DNA of 64,000 nucleotides from a virus. Its lineage: Duplodnaviria > Caudoviricetes. A program made the position numbers and the translations under genes. The notes below the pieces were generated by a model. That model ran no database searches. It was not told the origin of the DNA and was given only the letters and a program-made list of their open reading frames with translations. Location: IMG/VR virus record IMGVR_UViG_3300042997_002652, positions 1 to 64,000 of that record, one strand, 5' to 3'. Below are positions 26,828 through 35,729 of the stretch, piece after piece (the first letter of the stretch is position 1; each line of letters opens with the position of its first letter).

Positions 26828-27037
26828 TTAGTCTTTTTCTACTTCAAAAAGATGCCCATAAGTACCAATAAACTCATTAAGCTCCATTATTAGTTTTCTA
26901 GGAATGCCTGGACCTTGTTGTATATGGTAAGTGACTAGATGTAACTCTTCATTACGACTTTTTACTTGTATGACTTCAATAGAGTCACCGTCTTCAAATT
27001 GGTGTTTGATACCAACTATATTATCTTTCGTTAGCAC
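26828..27037 (-). CDS. Hypothetical protein
   Basis: 69-aa ORF. Confidence 0.65.
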   Translation of the reverse strand: MLTKDNIVGIKHQFEDGDSIEVIQVKSRNEELHLVTYHIQQGPGIPRKLIMELNEFIGTYGHLFEVEKD

Positions 27038-27377
27038 GATAGTTTCCTTTTTCTGGTATTACATGGCGAACTCCGCCGCGAGGATCTTTCATGTCACCAT
27101 ACCGTCTAGGTATTAGATGTACATGTGGATACATAACTGTTTGTCCAGCAGCAGTTCCTATATTCTGTCCTATATTGTATCCGTCGCAATAATCTTCTAA
27201 AACCCAACGTTCTCCCCATTCATATGCTTCTTGCCAGCATAAGACTAAGTTATCTACCATATTTACTTTTGGTACAAAAAGAAGATGACCTTCTGTTACT
27301 GGAAAGCCATCTTTAAACACTACATAATCTTCAGTTTCGTAGACCTTTTCAGTCCACGGTGTTTCATTTATTTTCAT
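27021..27377 (-). CDS. HIT-family nucleotide hydrolase
   Basis: DGFPVTEGHLLFVPK; GQTVMYPHVHLIPRR. Confidence 0.9.
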   Translation of the reverse strand: MKINETPWTEKVYETEDYVVFKDGFPVTEGHLLFVPKVNMVDNLVLCWQEAYEWGERWVLEDYCDGYNIGQNIGTAAGQTVMYPHVHLIPRRYGDMKDPRGGVRHVIPEKGNYRANER

Positions 27378-28708
27378 TATACCCCTTGTTTGGCTTCTTC
27401 AAAGATTTGCTTGATTTTAACAAAGTCATCGGCTTCAGTCTTATCCAGTCTTTCTTCTACAAGACGGGGCAAGAACAGTGCCGCAATATCGTTAGACTCC
27501 ATGATAGAGTTGGCACGAACGGTAATGATTTTCTTGTCAATCCATTCATCACGTTCTCCATTGATACGCTCACGATCTTTATCTGAAATACCAGAAACGT
27601 TTACACGCAGTTTGCCGTCACTACTTTCAGCAGCAATAGAACCAAACAAGTGAGCATTCTTGCCGTTACCTGGATTGAACCCGCGAACGATCAAGTCTAC
27701 TTCAGCTTCAATTTTCAGTTTGATTTGATCTTTAGAAGTTTTGTCTTCCCAAATAGCGTTTGGATTCTTGATCACCGTACCTTCAATACCGTGTGAAGTC
27801 ATATCAACATAATGCTTAAATGCTTCATCAAGTGAATAGACGATCTTGGTAGGGATAACATCTACAAATTTACCTTTGATGTTTTGGATAGCAGCAAAAC
27901 GGTCTTTGTACCTGGTTTTGTTTTTGCCATCAGCAATAGCATCACTTACTGGTACGCGATCCCATACATAGTAAAAGGGCTTTTGATTAGCTTCAAAACA
28001 TCCGCCCTTTAACACACTGTTCAAGACACCATTACCCAGCTCACGGGGCATTACTTTACCATCTTCAAGTACCAACAATTCACCGTGATAGCAGTAACCT
28101 TCATCAGCTACGTTGACAAACTCCTGAATAAAGTCTTTGAATTCGGTGTTAGCAAAAAGAGTGCCATTGCGGCTAGTAATCTTGGTAATAAGATCGGGAT
28201 ACAGATAAATGTTAGCAAACATCCCGTCTGCTTTTTCTTGCGAATAAACACCAGCTTTCCAATCAAAGTTAGCAATATTGCTGCCTTTCATTAGAGAGCA
28301 ACGCATGTAGGGATATTCAGGAATAGTGTTGGGAAACATTTTGTTGATTGTAGCAACACTGATACCGCAACGCAGATCGCCCTTGATCATGTTGATGGCT
28401 ATAGTGGCTTCTTCTGCTGTCAAAGTATTGAGCATAGCTTCAACTTCAGCACGAGCAGCATTACCTGTGACACTTCTGCTGGTCAGACGATCAAGCAATG
28501 TTTCTACTTGATCCCAAATATTAACCAGTGTGTTAGTACCTACAGAAGTTTGTTCCATTTTCTTGATGCCGTAAACATACTCAGGAGAGTAAGCACGGTT
28601 AAGCAAACGAATGAACTTAGGTTCTTGTTTACCAAACTCATTAACTTTACTTTCTTTGAACAAACGACTTTGATCGGAATTTATTACTTCAATGAAATTA
28701 GAAAACAT
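27377..28708 (-). CDS. ATP-dependent DNA ligase (T4 gp30-like)
   Basis: QEKADG motif I; HGEL; EGTVIK; KLK; LFLPR. Confidence 0.92.
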   Translation of the reverse strand: MFSNFIEVINSDQSRLFKESKVNEFGKQEPKFIRLLNRAYSPEYVYGIKKMEQTSVGTNTLVNIWDQVETLLDRLTSRSVTGNAARAEVEAMLNTLTAEEATIAINMIKGDLRCGISVATINKMFPNTIPEYPYMRCSLMKGSNIANFDWKAGVYSQEKADGMFANIYLYPDLITKITSRNGTLFANTEFKDFIQEFVNVADEGYCYHGELLVLEDGKVMPRELGNGVLNSVLKGGCFEANQKPFYYVWDRVPVSDAIADGKNKTRYKDRFAAIQNIKGKFVDVIPTKIVYSLDEAFKHYVDMTSHGIEGTVIKNPNAIWEDKTSKDQIKLKIEAEVDLIVRGFNPGNGKNAHLFGSIAAESSDGKLRVNVSGISDKDRERINGERDEWIDKKIITVRANSIMESNDIAALFLPRLVEERLDKTEADDFVKIKQIFEEAKQGV

Positions 28709-28736
28709 AACAGATCCTTAACTAAGTAGAAATTCT

Positions 28737-28764
28737 ATTATACAGGAATTACAAGAAATGTCAA
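28737..28764 (-). promoter_or_regulatory. Sigma70-type promoter for ligase
   Basis: TTGACA-N16-TATAAT. Confidence 0.8.
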
Positions 28765-28772
28765 GTACTAAC

Positions 28773-29165
28773 TTAGTGAATTTGCTCTATATAAAACGGC
28801 CCCGGAACTAAAAGTTTGGGTACACTAATTTCCCATCCCTGGTCTGCGTACTGCATAGTAGATTCTAAGAGATCAGATGCTCTTGCTTTTTCCCAAGTCC
28901 ATTCAATCGTTTCTTTTTCTATAGCAGTAAAATTACCAGAATATGTAAACTTAGTGCCTTGAAGGTTACCAGGATTATGTTTGCTATAACTGGTATCAAT
29001 GGTCCAGTCTTTTTCCTCACTATAAGGGAGTTCTAATGCGCTAGCAACAAAACCCATATCTGATGAATACGTATCTATTACTTGCCAACGTCTATTTGTA
29101 CTTGCTTGATACGCTTGAACAAAAATAGAAACTGTATTACCTTGTTTGGAACCTACTGTAAACAT
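28773..29165 (-). CDS. Hypothetical protein
   Basis: 130-aa ORF. Confidence 0.6.
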   Translation of the reverse strand: MFTVGSKQGNTVSIFVQAYQASTNRRWQVIDTYSSDMGFVASALELPYSEEKDWTIDTSYSKHNPGNLQGTKFTYSGNFTAIEKETIEWTWEKARASDLLESTMQYADQGWEISVPKLLVPGPFYIEQIH

Positions 29166-29503
29166 TAATTACTCTCCCTAAGTTTTCTTACTAGATTTTC
29201 ATTGCGAAGGTCTTGCTCTTTTCTTTCTCGTTTTTTGTCGTTCAGCTTTCCTATAACCATGCTGTCATAGTTTCTAGCCCACTCAATACCGCGAAGCCAT
29301 ATTTTAAGGTCTTCAATTTCACCCACGAATAGTTCAGCATCGCGTGAATATACAGGAAGAGCCTCGTTATCTTTAGGAAACAAGGATACCACATCACCAC
29401 GGCCGCCGCGGTACTCGTGTTTAGAGTGACCCAAACGAAATCCCAGTTTATCGCAATTTTCTTTAAGCCTTTCTATTTCTAAGATTAAACTATAACCTGA
29501 CAT
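29165..29503 (-). CDS. Hypothetical protein
   Basis: 112-aa ORF behind its own promoter. Confidence 0.7.
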   Translation of the reverse strand: MSGYSLILEIERLKENCDKLGFRLGHSKHEYRGGRGDVVSLFPKDNEALPVYSRDAELFVGEIEDLKIWLRGIEWARNYDSMVIGKLNDKKRERKEQDLRNENLVRKLRESN

Positions 29504-29533
29504 TATAAATCTCTTTAGAGTTTAAGATTATTA

Positions 29534-29561
29534 ATTATACACTGAAAACAAACGTTGTCAA
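29534..29561 (-). promoter_or_regulatory. Sigma70-type promoter
   Basis: TTGACA-N16-TATAAT. Confidence 0.8.
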
Positions 29562-29764
29562 TCGGATTTGGTAACAGCTTTATGAAAGTGTAGCATATAA
29601 TCATACGAGGTTTCATGTTTACAAACATTTACACATTTAACCACATGATTAGCTAAATGTGTAGAACTTGTGTACATTACCAATTTATCAAACATGGTAT
29701 CAATAACGGAGTAATATTTTACTCCGTTAGGATTAAAGCTAATTTCAATCATTCCCCTATTCAT
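29558..29764 (-). CDS. Hypothetical protein
   Basis: 68-aa ORF. Confidence 0.55.
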   Translation of the reverse strand: MNRGMIEISFNPNGVKYYSVIDTMFDKLVMYTSSTHLANHVVKCVNVCKHETSYDYMLHFHKAVTKSD

Positions 29765-29871
29765 TTAAACAGATTAGTTACTAACTGATATGTAGTAATA
29801 GGGGCAATCAGTACAAACATTGAAATTATAAAAAAAGTATAAAGTATTACTGATTTGATCTTTTTTAACAC
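29761..29871 (-). CDS. Small hydrophobic peptide (36 aa), not in ORF track
   Basis: GAGGA RBS then GTG; MLKKIKSVILYTFFIISMFVLIAPITTYQLVTNLFK; TGA overlaps the next ATG. Confidence 0.45.
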   Translation of the reverse strand: MLKKIKSVILYTFFIISMFVLIAPITTYQLVTNLFK

Positions 29872-29908
29872 TTATCTATCCTCACATTGAGCAAAAGCAG
29901 ATTAAACT

Positions 29909-30079
29909 TCAATCTGCATACTCAAACTGATCTTCTAATGTACTCAACTTTTGTTCTAAGGACTCATGTGATTTCATCTCAACTTCACACATATAGTCGT
30001 TTTCTGAGTAATATTCGTACAAAACAGCACGAAGTACTTGCAGTTCATCAAAACTTAACTCTACAGTGTTCTTGCTCAT
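29909..30079 (-). CDS. Small acidic hypothetical protein (56 aa), not in ORF track
   Basis: AGGAG RBS; MSKNTVELSFDELQVLRAVLYEY...FEYAD; directly behind an early promoter. Confidence 0.7.
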   Translation of the reverse strand: MSKNTVELSFDELQVLRAVLYEYYSENDYMCEVEMKSHESLEQKLSTLEDQFEYAD

Positions 30080-30113
30080 GTGCTACTCTCCTGTTTCATC
30101 AATTTATACAGTT

Positions 30114-30183
30114 AGTATAGCACATTCTACCCAAATGTCAAGCCTTTGGGTAAAATAAAAACTCTTTATAAATCAACAACTTA
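30114..30183 (-). promoter_or_regulatory. Early promoter cassette plus upstream IHF box
   Basis: TTGACA-N16-TATACT (30114-30141); AATCAACAACTTA at 30171-30183; 27 nt identical to 17624-17650. Confidence 0.85.
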
Positions 30184-30393
30184 CTAAGGGGTGTAAGTAA
30201 GCTCCATTCCAAACTTGTTCCCTATATAGTGTTTTCCAGTATTCATCAGCACGATTTTCTCGTTGGCCAAGTATATAGTAATAGCTTTGTTCGTCATTTC
30301 TGCAACTTCTACTTCAACCTTTTTACCGGTATTGGTGTTAGTTACAGTAATAGTTTTGGGGCGGTTATCGCCAAACTTAGTATTAGGTCTCAT
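30184..30393 (-). CDS. Hypothetical protein
   Basis: 69-aa ORF. Confidence 0.65.
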   Translation of the reverse strand: MRPNTKFGDNRPKTITVTNTNTGKKVEVEVAEMTNKAITIYLANEKIVLMNTGKHYIGNKFGMELTYTP

Positions 30394-30818
30394 AGTAGTT
30401 TACTCTCAATATCAGCTTCCCATAATGCTTTGGCGTCTTCTAAAGCATTGTGTAAAAGTTTGCTGTTCACGGCACTTAAATCTCTACGCACTTCACAAGT
30501 AAAATTAGGTATGTTCAACATAATACCCGGGCCAGTAATTATTGCCGCACAAAAGTGTGCGATATCTTCAGGCCAATCCGCAATTAAGTGTAAACTAGTA
30601 AATTCGTTTAAGAATCCAAATAACTTCATTCTAAAGATATGCTCAGGTACAGGATCTTTGTTCAATATAGGCATAACATTTTGTGCTACCCAAGATTTTG
30701 GATTAGTACATTCTAAGACTTCATAAAATTCTGATCCATCCTCAGCCACTAATGCCATAGAAATAAGTTCACCCTTAAACTCGTTAAACTCTGTGTCAAT
30801 ATAAATTCTCACTTGCAA
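30390..30818 (-). CDS. DEDDh 3'-5' exonuclease-like protein
   Basis: IDTEF and HNALEDA motifs. Confidence 0.8.
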   Translation of the reverse strand: MQVRIYIDTEFNEFKGELISMALVAEDGSEFYEVLECTNPKSWVAQNVMPILNKDPVPEHIFRMKLFGFLNEFTSLHLIADWPEDIAHFCAAIITGPGIMLNIPNFTCEVRRDLSAVNSKLLHNALEDAKALWEADIESKLL

Positions 30819-31183
30819 TCTACCTCAATGTTTCTAATCCATCGTTTCACACAATCAACAAGCACATGCTTTTGTGTGATGTTTTTGTATCCCAAAGGAG
30901 ACCAATCATCCGTTTCTAGCATGGTTTTTACTGTACTATAGTCTAGAACAGGAATGCTTTCCTCACCTGCCATCCACATAGCCAAATACTGATCTTCTCT
31001 TTTTTCAGATTTATCTCCGCCCATTGAGTGCCAAAAGATATACCAATCGCTTATTTCAGCATCTGGAGTTTTATTTTCTTTACACCACTTTTCAGTAGCT
31101 TCTAAACCGTCACCGATAAGAGCAATATATTCTTTATCAGTTAACTCACAGTTAATGATACTACCCCAACGAACATAACTCAT
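30809..31183 (-). CDS. Hypothetical protein
   Basis: 124-aa ORF. Confidence 0.65.
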   Translation of the reverse strand: MSYVRWGSIINCELTDKEYIALIGDGLEATEKWCKENKTPDAEISDWYIFWHSMGGDKSEKREDQYLAMWMAGEESIPVLDYSTVKTMLETDDWSPLGYKNITQKHVLVDCVKRWIRNIEVDCK

Positions 31184-31443
31184 TTTAGTTTTTCTTCAGC
31201 TACTAATTTTTCATAGTCATGAAAAAGATTTTCAAACTTGATTTGGTATAATGTGAAAAGACCTAGTAGAGCATTTTGCATTTCGTTTTCATCTTTATAC
31301 AACCGTTCACAATGGTAAACTGCTTTTAAGTCATCAACAACTTGCCAGCATTCTTGTATCTTTTGTTCTAGGTCGAATTTATCCATTATGTGTTTCTTTT
31401 GCTTGTTGTTCATGATTGCGTCTAACGAATTCTTGATAGTCAT
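31180..31443 (-). CDS. Hypothetical protein
   Basis: 87-aa ORF. Confidence 0.65.
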   Translation of the reverse strand: MTIKNSLDAIMNNKQKKHIMDKFDLEQKIQECWQVVDDLKAVYHCERLYKDENEMQNALLGLFTLYQIKFENLFHDYEKLVAEEKLK

Positions 31444-31446
31444 ACG

Positions 31447-31512
31447 CTTGTTGACTCAACCGATTACGAGACCTAACCCTTCGGTCTCGAAGTTTTAAAT
31501 CAGTGGCAGTTG
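31447..31512. other. Intergenic structured element (nested stems plus 11-bp odd palindrome)
   Basis: cgagacc/ggtctcg stem; gttgactcaac palindrome. Confidence 0.45.
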
Positions 31513-31526
31513 GCTTTTTAAAAAAG

Positions 31527-31898
31527 TTAATCAGTTTTTCTTTCATGTTTCTTCTCAAAGTTATTAATAGAGTTTTCTACTGCTTGAATCCAATTTTTAG
31601 CAGCTTGTGGTTTCAGTAAAATTTCATGCTCTTGTTTATTAAGACCAGTAAACAAAATACTAGCAGCTTGCTTAACGCGATCCCAAAAACTTTTCGGGAA
31701 CTTGTTGTACATAGTCAAATAGAAGCTAACACTGATATCTGGAATATCGTCCCATTGTTTTTCTACTTCTATTCTAGTGTCTACCGCATGATTGTGACTA
31801 GTACATTCACACTCAATACGATAACATACTGAGTCACTAAATTCTTGTATTTTGGATATACCTGTTGCTGGCTTTTCTGCTTTCATACCTAATCCCAA
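31527..31898 (-). CDS. Hypothetical protein
   Basis: 123-aa ORF; CECTSH motif. Confidence 0.65.
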   Translation of the reverse strand: MGLGMKAEKPATGISKIQEFSDSVCYRIECECTSHNHAVDTRIEVEKQWDDIPDISVSFYLTMYNKFPKSFWDRVKQAASILFTGLNKQEHEILLKPQAAKNWIQAVENSINNFEKKHERKTD

Positions 31899-32623
31899 AG
31901 TCCTCTGTAGTGCTTAGCGAACAGTCTCAAACCATTTTGAATACGATCATTTACTTTTTTCATACCTTCATGATCAATAGTGAAAGTATCGTTTTCACCT
32001 TTAATCATTTCATACAAACCGTCTTCGCGTTTTACTGTAAGAGTTTCGTGGTTGCCGGAGTAAAACTCATGTTCCCAATCATCGTCTACTAGCTTTTCAA
32101 AAGCCCAGATCATTTCATCAAGCGCGTAATCCCAACGCTTAAAATGGTTGTCGTCAGTATCCCAATCGTTTTCCTTTGCAGGGGCTGATGTACTCTTTAG
32201 TTCGTCAGGTACATCTTCATCGTCAACAAACGGTGCACCATGCGTAGTGTCTTTTAGTTGCTTAAGCATGGGCAAAATAATCATGCTTAAAGTATGATCA
32301 ACGCTCCAAGTATCCCAGGGATCAATTTGAATCTTGATCACACGCTCACCTTGTAGTTTAGCTATTAGGCTCAAGGCGCCGCAGATTAGTTTAGAGACCC
32401 AAGTTTGCTTGCGTTCTTCTTTACCAAACATAGGTCTTTTTTCACCTACTTCAGGCTCAGACTCTACATAACCATATGCTAGCCACTCGCCAAAGTCGTG
32501 TACCCAATCTGGCTTACGTTTGAAGCCGTATTCGTCTTTTACTGGCTTAGCCCAAAAGCAAAGAAGTTCTGCTAACTGATATGGCCCAAAGTAATCCTTG
32601 TACTTTCCTATTTTTATTTTCAT
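31889..32623 (-). CDS. Conserved-looking phage hypothetical protein
   Basis: IDPWDTWSVDHTLSMIILPMLKQL...RWDYALDEMIWAF...GLRLFAKHYRGLWD. Confidence 0.75.
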   Translation of the reverse strand: MKIKIGKYKDYFGPYQLAELLCFWAKPVKDEYGFKRKPDWVHDFGEWLAYGYVESEPEVGEKRPMFGKEERKQTWVSKLICGALSLIAKLQGERVIKIQIDPWDTWSVDHTLSMIILPMLKQLKDTTHGAPFVDDEDVPDELKSTSAPAKENDWDTDDNHFKRWDYALDEMIWAFEKLVDDDWEHEFYSGNHETLTVKREDGLYEMIKGENDTFTIDHEGMKKVNDRIQNGLRLFAKHYRGLWD

Positions 32624-33288
32624 TTAATCCCCGTTCTTACGTTGCTTAATCTAGTAGTTTCGTGTTTGGTATATTGATCAATAAATAGTGCCTTAACAAT
32701 AGCATTAGCAGTTACTACACTATTAACACCAATTAGTCTTTTATTCTTAGTAGAGTATGTAATCATTTTATTATCAGTAGTAATAGCAGTTATATAATGT
32801 CTTTCCCATTCTTCAGAATAATATGACTTTATAATCTTAAAGTTAACTTGTACTTTGTCGCCTTCTAAACCCACATAACTATGGTTACATTCTCTTACTT
32901 GTCTAAACTGTTCGTCTTTTAACTGTTCTCTGATTACAGCATGAGGTGCTGAGGCAATATACGCAATATTTTTATCAGTAAGTTTTAACTCATCATCGGA
33001 TGCCAAGTTGATCAGCTTTTTAAAATAGTCATGTAGCTTATCTTCAGATAGCATTTTAAAAAGCATACCTTTTAGATAATTGCGAACTTCTGTACCATCT
33101 TTAATACTTTGTTCACTGATTTTGTCAGTGTTGAATGCGTAAAATTGAATCAGTTCTCGGTTAGCTTGTTTACCCTGATGATCTTCTGAATATGTAATAT
33201 CTTCAGGTTTTAAGTAACCGTTATTAATGCTAAGTGCCTGACAACTAGCACCCCAAATAAGTTCAACTGTGATATCAGGCATGTTCAT
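32620..33288 (-). CDS. Hypothetical protein, possible C-terminal OB-fold
   Basis: 222-aa ORF. Confidence 0.65.
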   Translation of the reverse strand: MNMPDITVELIWGASCQALSINNGYLKPEDITYSEDHQGKQANRELIQFYAFNTDKISEQSIKDGTEVRNYLKGMLFKMLSEDKLHDYFKKLINLASDDELKLTDKNIAYIASAPHAVIREQLKDEQFRQVRECNHSYVGLEGDKVQVNFKIIKSYYSEEWERHYITAITTDNKMITYSTKNKRLIGVNSVVTANAIVKALFIDQYTKHETTRLSNVRTGIK

Positions 33289-33292
33289 TTTG

Positions 33293-33466
33293 TTAGCCTA
33301 GTAGTGTATTAGATTCGTCTATGTGAACCAGTACTTTTTTCGCTTCTTGTTTAGCTATAGCGGAAATAAGCCTAAGTGCTTGATAAAGTTCTTTATCAGA
33401 CTTGGGCTCTTTGATTTCTTTAACAGCAGCTTCCAAAACTCTTGCAATACGATCATTTACCATCAT
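33293..33466 (-). CDS. Hypothetical protein (probable start MMVNDR at 33466)
   Basis: GAGG RBS before 33466; the 5' extension in the ORF track overlaps the upstream small gene. Confidence 0.55.
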   Translation of the reverse strand: MMVNDRIARVLEAAVKEIKEPKSDKELYQALRLISAIAKQEAKKVLVHIDESNTLLG

Positions 33467-33608
33467 GGTCTGCACCTCGTGATTTAAGCTTGACTTTGCT
33501 TTCTCTACGCAAAGCTTTGAAAGTCTTGCCATGCGCTACTGATTGCTTGTTAGAGCGTATCATAGCTAATACAACATGATTTCTGGGTTTCATTTTCTTG
33601 TCGCTCAT
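33453..33608 (-). CDS. Small basic protein (51 aa), not in ORF track
   Basis: MSDKKMKPRNHVVLAMIRSNKQSVAHGKTFKALRRESKVKLK...; first ATG after the promoter. Confidence 0.65.
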   Translation of the reverse strand: MSDKKMKPRNHVVLAMIRSNKQSVAHGKTFKALRRESKVKLKSRGADHDGK

Positions 33609-33625
33609 AATCTAATATATATGCT

Positions 33626-33694
33626 ATTATAGCATAAACGGACAATAAGTCAAGCCTTTTTGCGAAATAAAACCTTAGTTAAAACAATAACTTA
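33626..33694 (-). promoter_or_regulatory. Early promoter plus near-consensus IHF box
   Basis: TTGACT-N16-TATAAT (33626-33653); AAACAATAACTTA at 33682-33694. Confidence 0.8.
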
Positions 33695-33696
33695 CG

Positions 33697-34140
33697 TTAA
33701 TTGACAGATAAAGTTACGGGGATCAAGCTTCCTACTACTGGGCTAAAGCTTCTGTACACGGTGTGATAGCTACCATTTACGTCAACTGTTACTTTGTACT
33801 GAGAAACTTGTTGTACAGTAAAGGGTTCACTCACGCATTGATTTCTAGTTACTGTTCTGTCACCTGCTTGATTTTGCCCTATAGCTGCACCAGTTACAGC
33901 ACCAACCGCTGTTGCGATATCTCTACCTGAGCCTCCGCCAACTTGATTACCAAGGGCTGCACCAATTGCGCCACCTAGCAAAGTGCCGCCGATTGATCTG
34001 CGAGTTTCTGTTACAGGAGCGCATACTTCACGATGCTGAGTACTCGTGGTATACACCGGTTCAGTAGCAACTACTTTTGCATCAACAGCAAATACATTAA
34101 AACTTACCATTGCAAGTACTAAAAACAAAAACGCTTTCAT
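33697..34140 (-). CDS. Secreted glycine-zipper 2TM protein (YcfJ/SlyB-like)
   Basis: Signal peptide; GGTLLGGAIGAALGNQVGGGSGRDIATAVGAVTGAAIG. Confidence 0.8.
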   Translation of the reverse strand: MKAFLFLVLAMVSFNVFAVDAKVVATEPVYTTSTQHREVCAPVTETRRSIGGTLLGGAIGAALGNQVGGGSGRDIATAVGAVTGAAIGQNQAGDRTVTRNQCVSEPFTVQQVSQYKVTVDVNGSYHTVYRSFSPVVGSLIPVTLSVN

Positions 34141-34206
34141 GTCTATCTCCTATGTGTTATACTATAGTACTATTTATTCTATCCAATATACAACTATTTT
34201 GGGTAA

Positions 34207-34371
34207 TTATCTACCCCTACCAGTTCGCTTTACTACGCCCTGGCTTGAATGTCCTTTTTGCGGTTTTGGCTTATTACCTTTTTGATATGAATTATTGCTT
34301 GTTTTCATCTTGTTAAGCATTTCACCATAAACACTGTTTTTTACTACTTTTTTGTTTTCATTGTCGCTCAT
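34207..34371 (-). CDS. Small basic hypothetical protein
   Basis: Probable start MSDNENKK at 34371. Confidence 0.6.
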   Translation of the reverse strand: MSDNENKKVVKNSVYGEMLNKMKTSNNSYQKGNKPKPQKGHSSQGVVKRTGRGR

Positions 34372-34376
34372 ACTAT

Positions 34377-34784
34377 TCACCTCACTGAGTCTAAGTATTC
34401 TTGTAGTGTACCGTATATGGTCATCCACATTGCTATTTTATCATCATAAATTATGATTTCAGGTTCTGTTTTTACATCTTTATTTAATTTGATAATATAA
34501 AAAGGACATTTTATCTTTTTACTTAAAGATAAGGTATAACTGTTAGGATTGTTTAAAATACTAGTATAATCGGTTTTGTTTGTAAATAATGGAAACTTAT
34601 AATGTGCTATATTAGCTTCTGTAAATGCTTCGTATCCGTCATCTTTCAACCTTAAGCTCTGCCCACCTCTGCCACTTACCCACCATTTGAACATTGATTG
34701 TTCAACCGTAAAACTACGATGTTTACTATGCTCAGGTAGTTCTTTAAATACAGCTTCAGTGATTTCTAACTTGGTGTTACTCAT
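34377..34784 (-). CDS. Hypothetical protein
   Basis: 135-aa ORF. Confidence 0.7.
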   Translation of the reverse strand: MSNTKLEITEAVFKELPEHSKHRSFTVEQSMFKWWVSGRGGQSLRLKDDGYEAFTEANIAHYKFPLFTNKTDYTSILNNPNSYTLSLSKKIKCPFYIIKLNKDVKTEPEIIIYDDKIAMWMTIYGTLQEYLDSVR

Positions 34785-35076
34785 CTGAATCGGGGTAAAC
34801 TTGTCTACCAGAGTTCATAAAGACTACAGTGAACTTATTAGTTTTAAACTGCGTATTAAGCTTTTTACATAAGTTTCTTGCGTGACCTGGATTAGAAAAA
34901 CTAGTTTTCTTGTATTTAGGTACCGTATCGTTAGACAAGTAATGTGAGGATTTTAAATTGATAGGTTGACCATCTAACACAACAGCCCATATACCCGCAG
35001 CTTCTACGATTTGATCACATTTGTATGTTTGTTTGTCAACTATTTCCATTAATACTTTTGGTTGAGACCTGCTCAC
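34777..35076 (-). CDS. Hypothetical protein
   Basis: 99-aa ORF; KYKKTSFSNPGHA motif. Confidence 0.7.
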   Translation of the reverse strand: MSRSQPKVLMEIVDKQTYKCDQIVEAAGIWAVVLDGQPINLKSSHYLSNDTVPKYKKTSFSNPGHARNLCKKLNTQFKTNKFTVVFMNSGRQVYPDSDE

Positions 35077-35273
35077 TTAAACGACCCACCTGTTAGTTCT
35101 ACTTGGATTACTTCGTCTTTCTTTTGTTCGCTTGTTAGTAGATGTAGGTCAGCTAACAGCTTTGCTATATCATCTCTTAAACCCCTAGCCTCTTGCATGG
35201 AAATTACTACATCTTTGTTTTGCTTTGATTCCATTGCAGATATTTTATCTATAAATCTTTTTATATGTATCAT
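35073..35273 (-). CDS. Hypothetical protein
   Basis: 66-aa ORF. Confidence 0.65.
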   Translation of the reverse strand: MIHIKRFIDKISAMESKQNKDVVISMQEARGLRDDIAKLLADLHLLTSEQKKDEVIQVELTGGSFK

Positions 35274-35728
35274 CTACTATTTAGTACTTGATTTGCTTGG
35301 ATTTCAGATGTAAATGGACCGTGATACTCATAACGCTGAATAAAGATGTATTTCGGGCAAAAAAGTACTTGTATGACACCGTTTTGATTTACAACAAACC
35401 ATCCAGCAACATGAAAACATTTACTCTTAGGTGAAGTAGTGAATAAGTGCAGCTTTCGCTTAACATCCATTACTGAGTTATATACTTTATTAGTAGTTGG
35501 ATACTCAGGATATGGATGATTTTGTTTAGATTTTAGATTTTTTATAGATTGAAAAATAATCTTGGTTTTTTGTTTGATATCGTCAGTACTAGCAAAATGC
35601 AAATTAGTACCATTTAATTTTACATCAAAGCCATTTTGGTCGGCAACAACGTTACCAACCTTTTTGTCACCGTCAGTGACAACCCAATACTGATTTTTTA
35701 TAATAGGTTTTGCGATCAAGTCTGACAT
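35270..35728 (-). CDS. Hypothetical protein
   Basis: 152-aa ORF. Confidence 0.7.
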   Translation of the reverse strand: MSDLIAKPIIKNQYWVVTDGDKKVGNVVADQNGFDVKLNGTNLHFASTDDIKQKTKIIFQSIKNLKSKQNHPYPEYPTTNKVYNSVMDVKRKLHLFTTSPKSKCFHVAGWFVVNQNGVIQVLFCPKYIFIQRYEYHGPFTSEIQANQVLNSR

Positions 35729-35729
35729 A

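Noticed and set aside
33467-33532. 5' extension of ORF 33293-33532 (MARLSKLC...)
   Set aside because: Overlaps the better-supported 33453-33608 gene; an RBS supports the later start at 33466.
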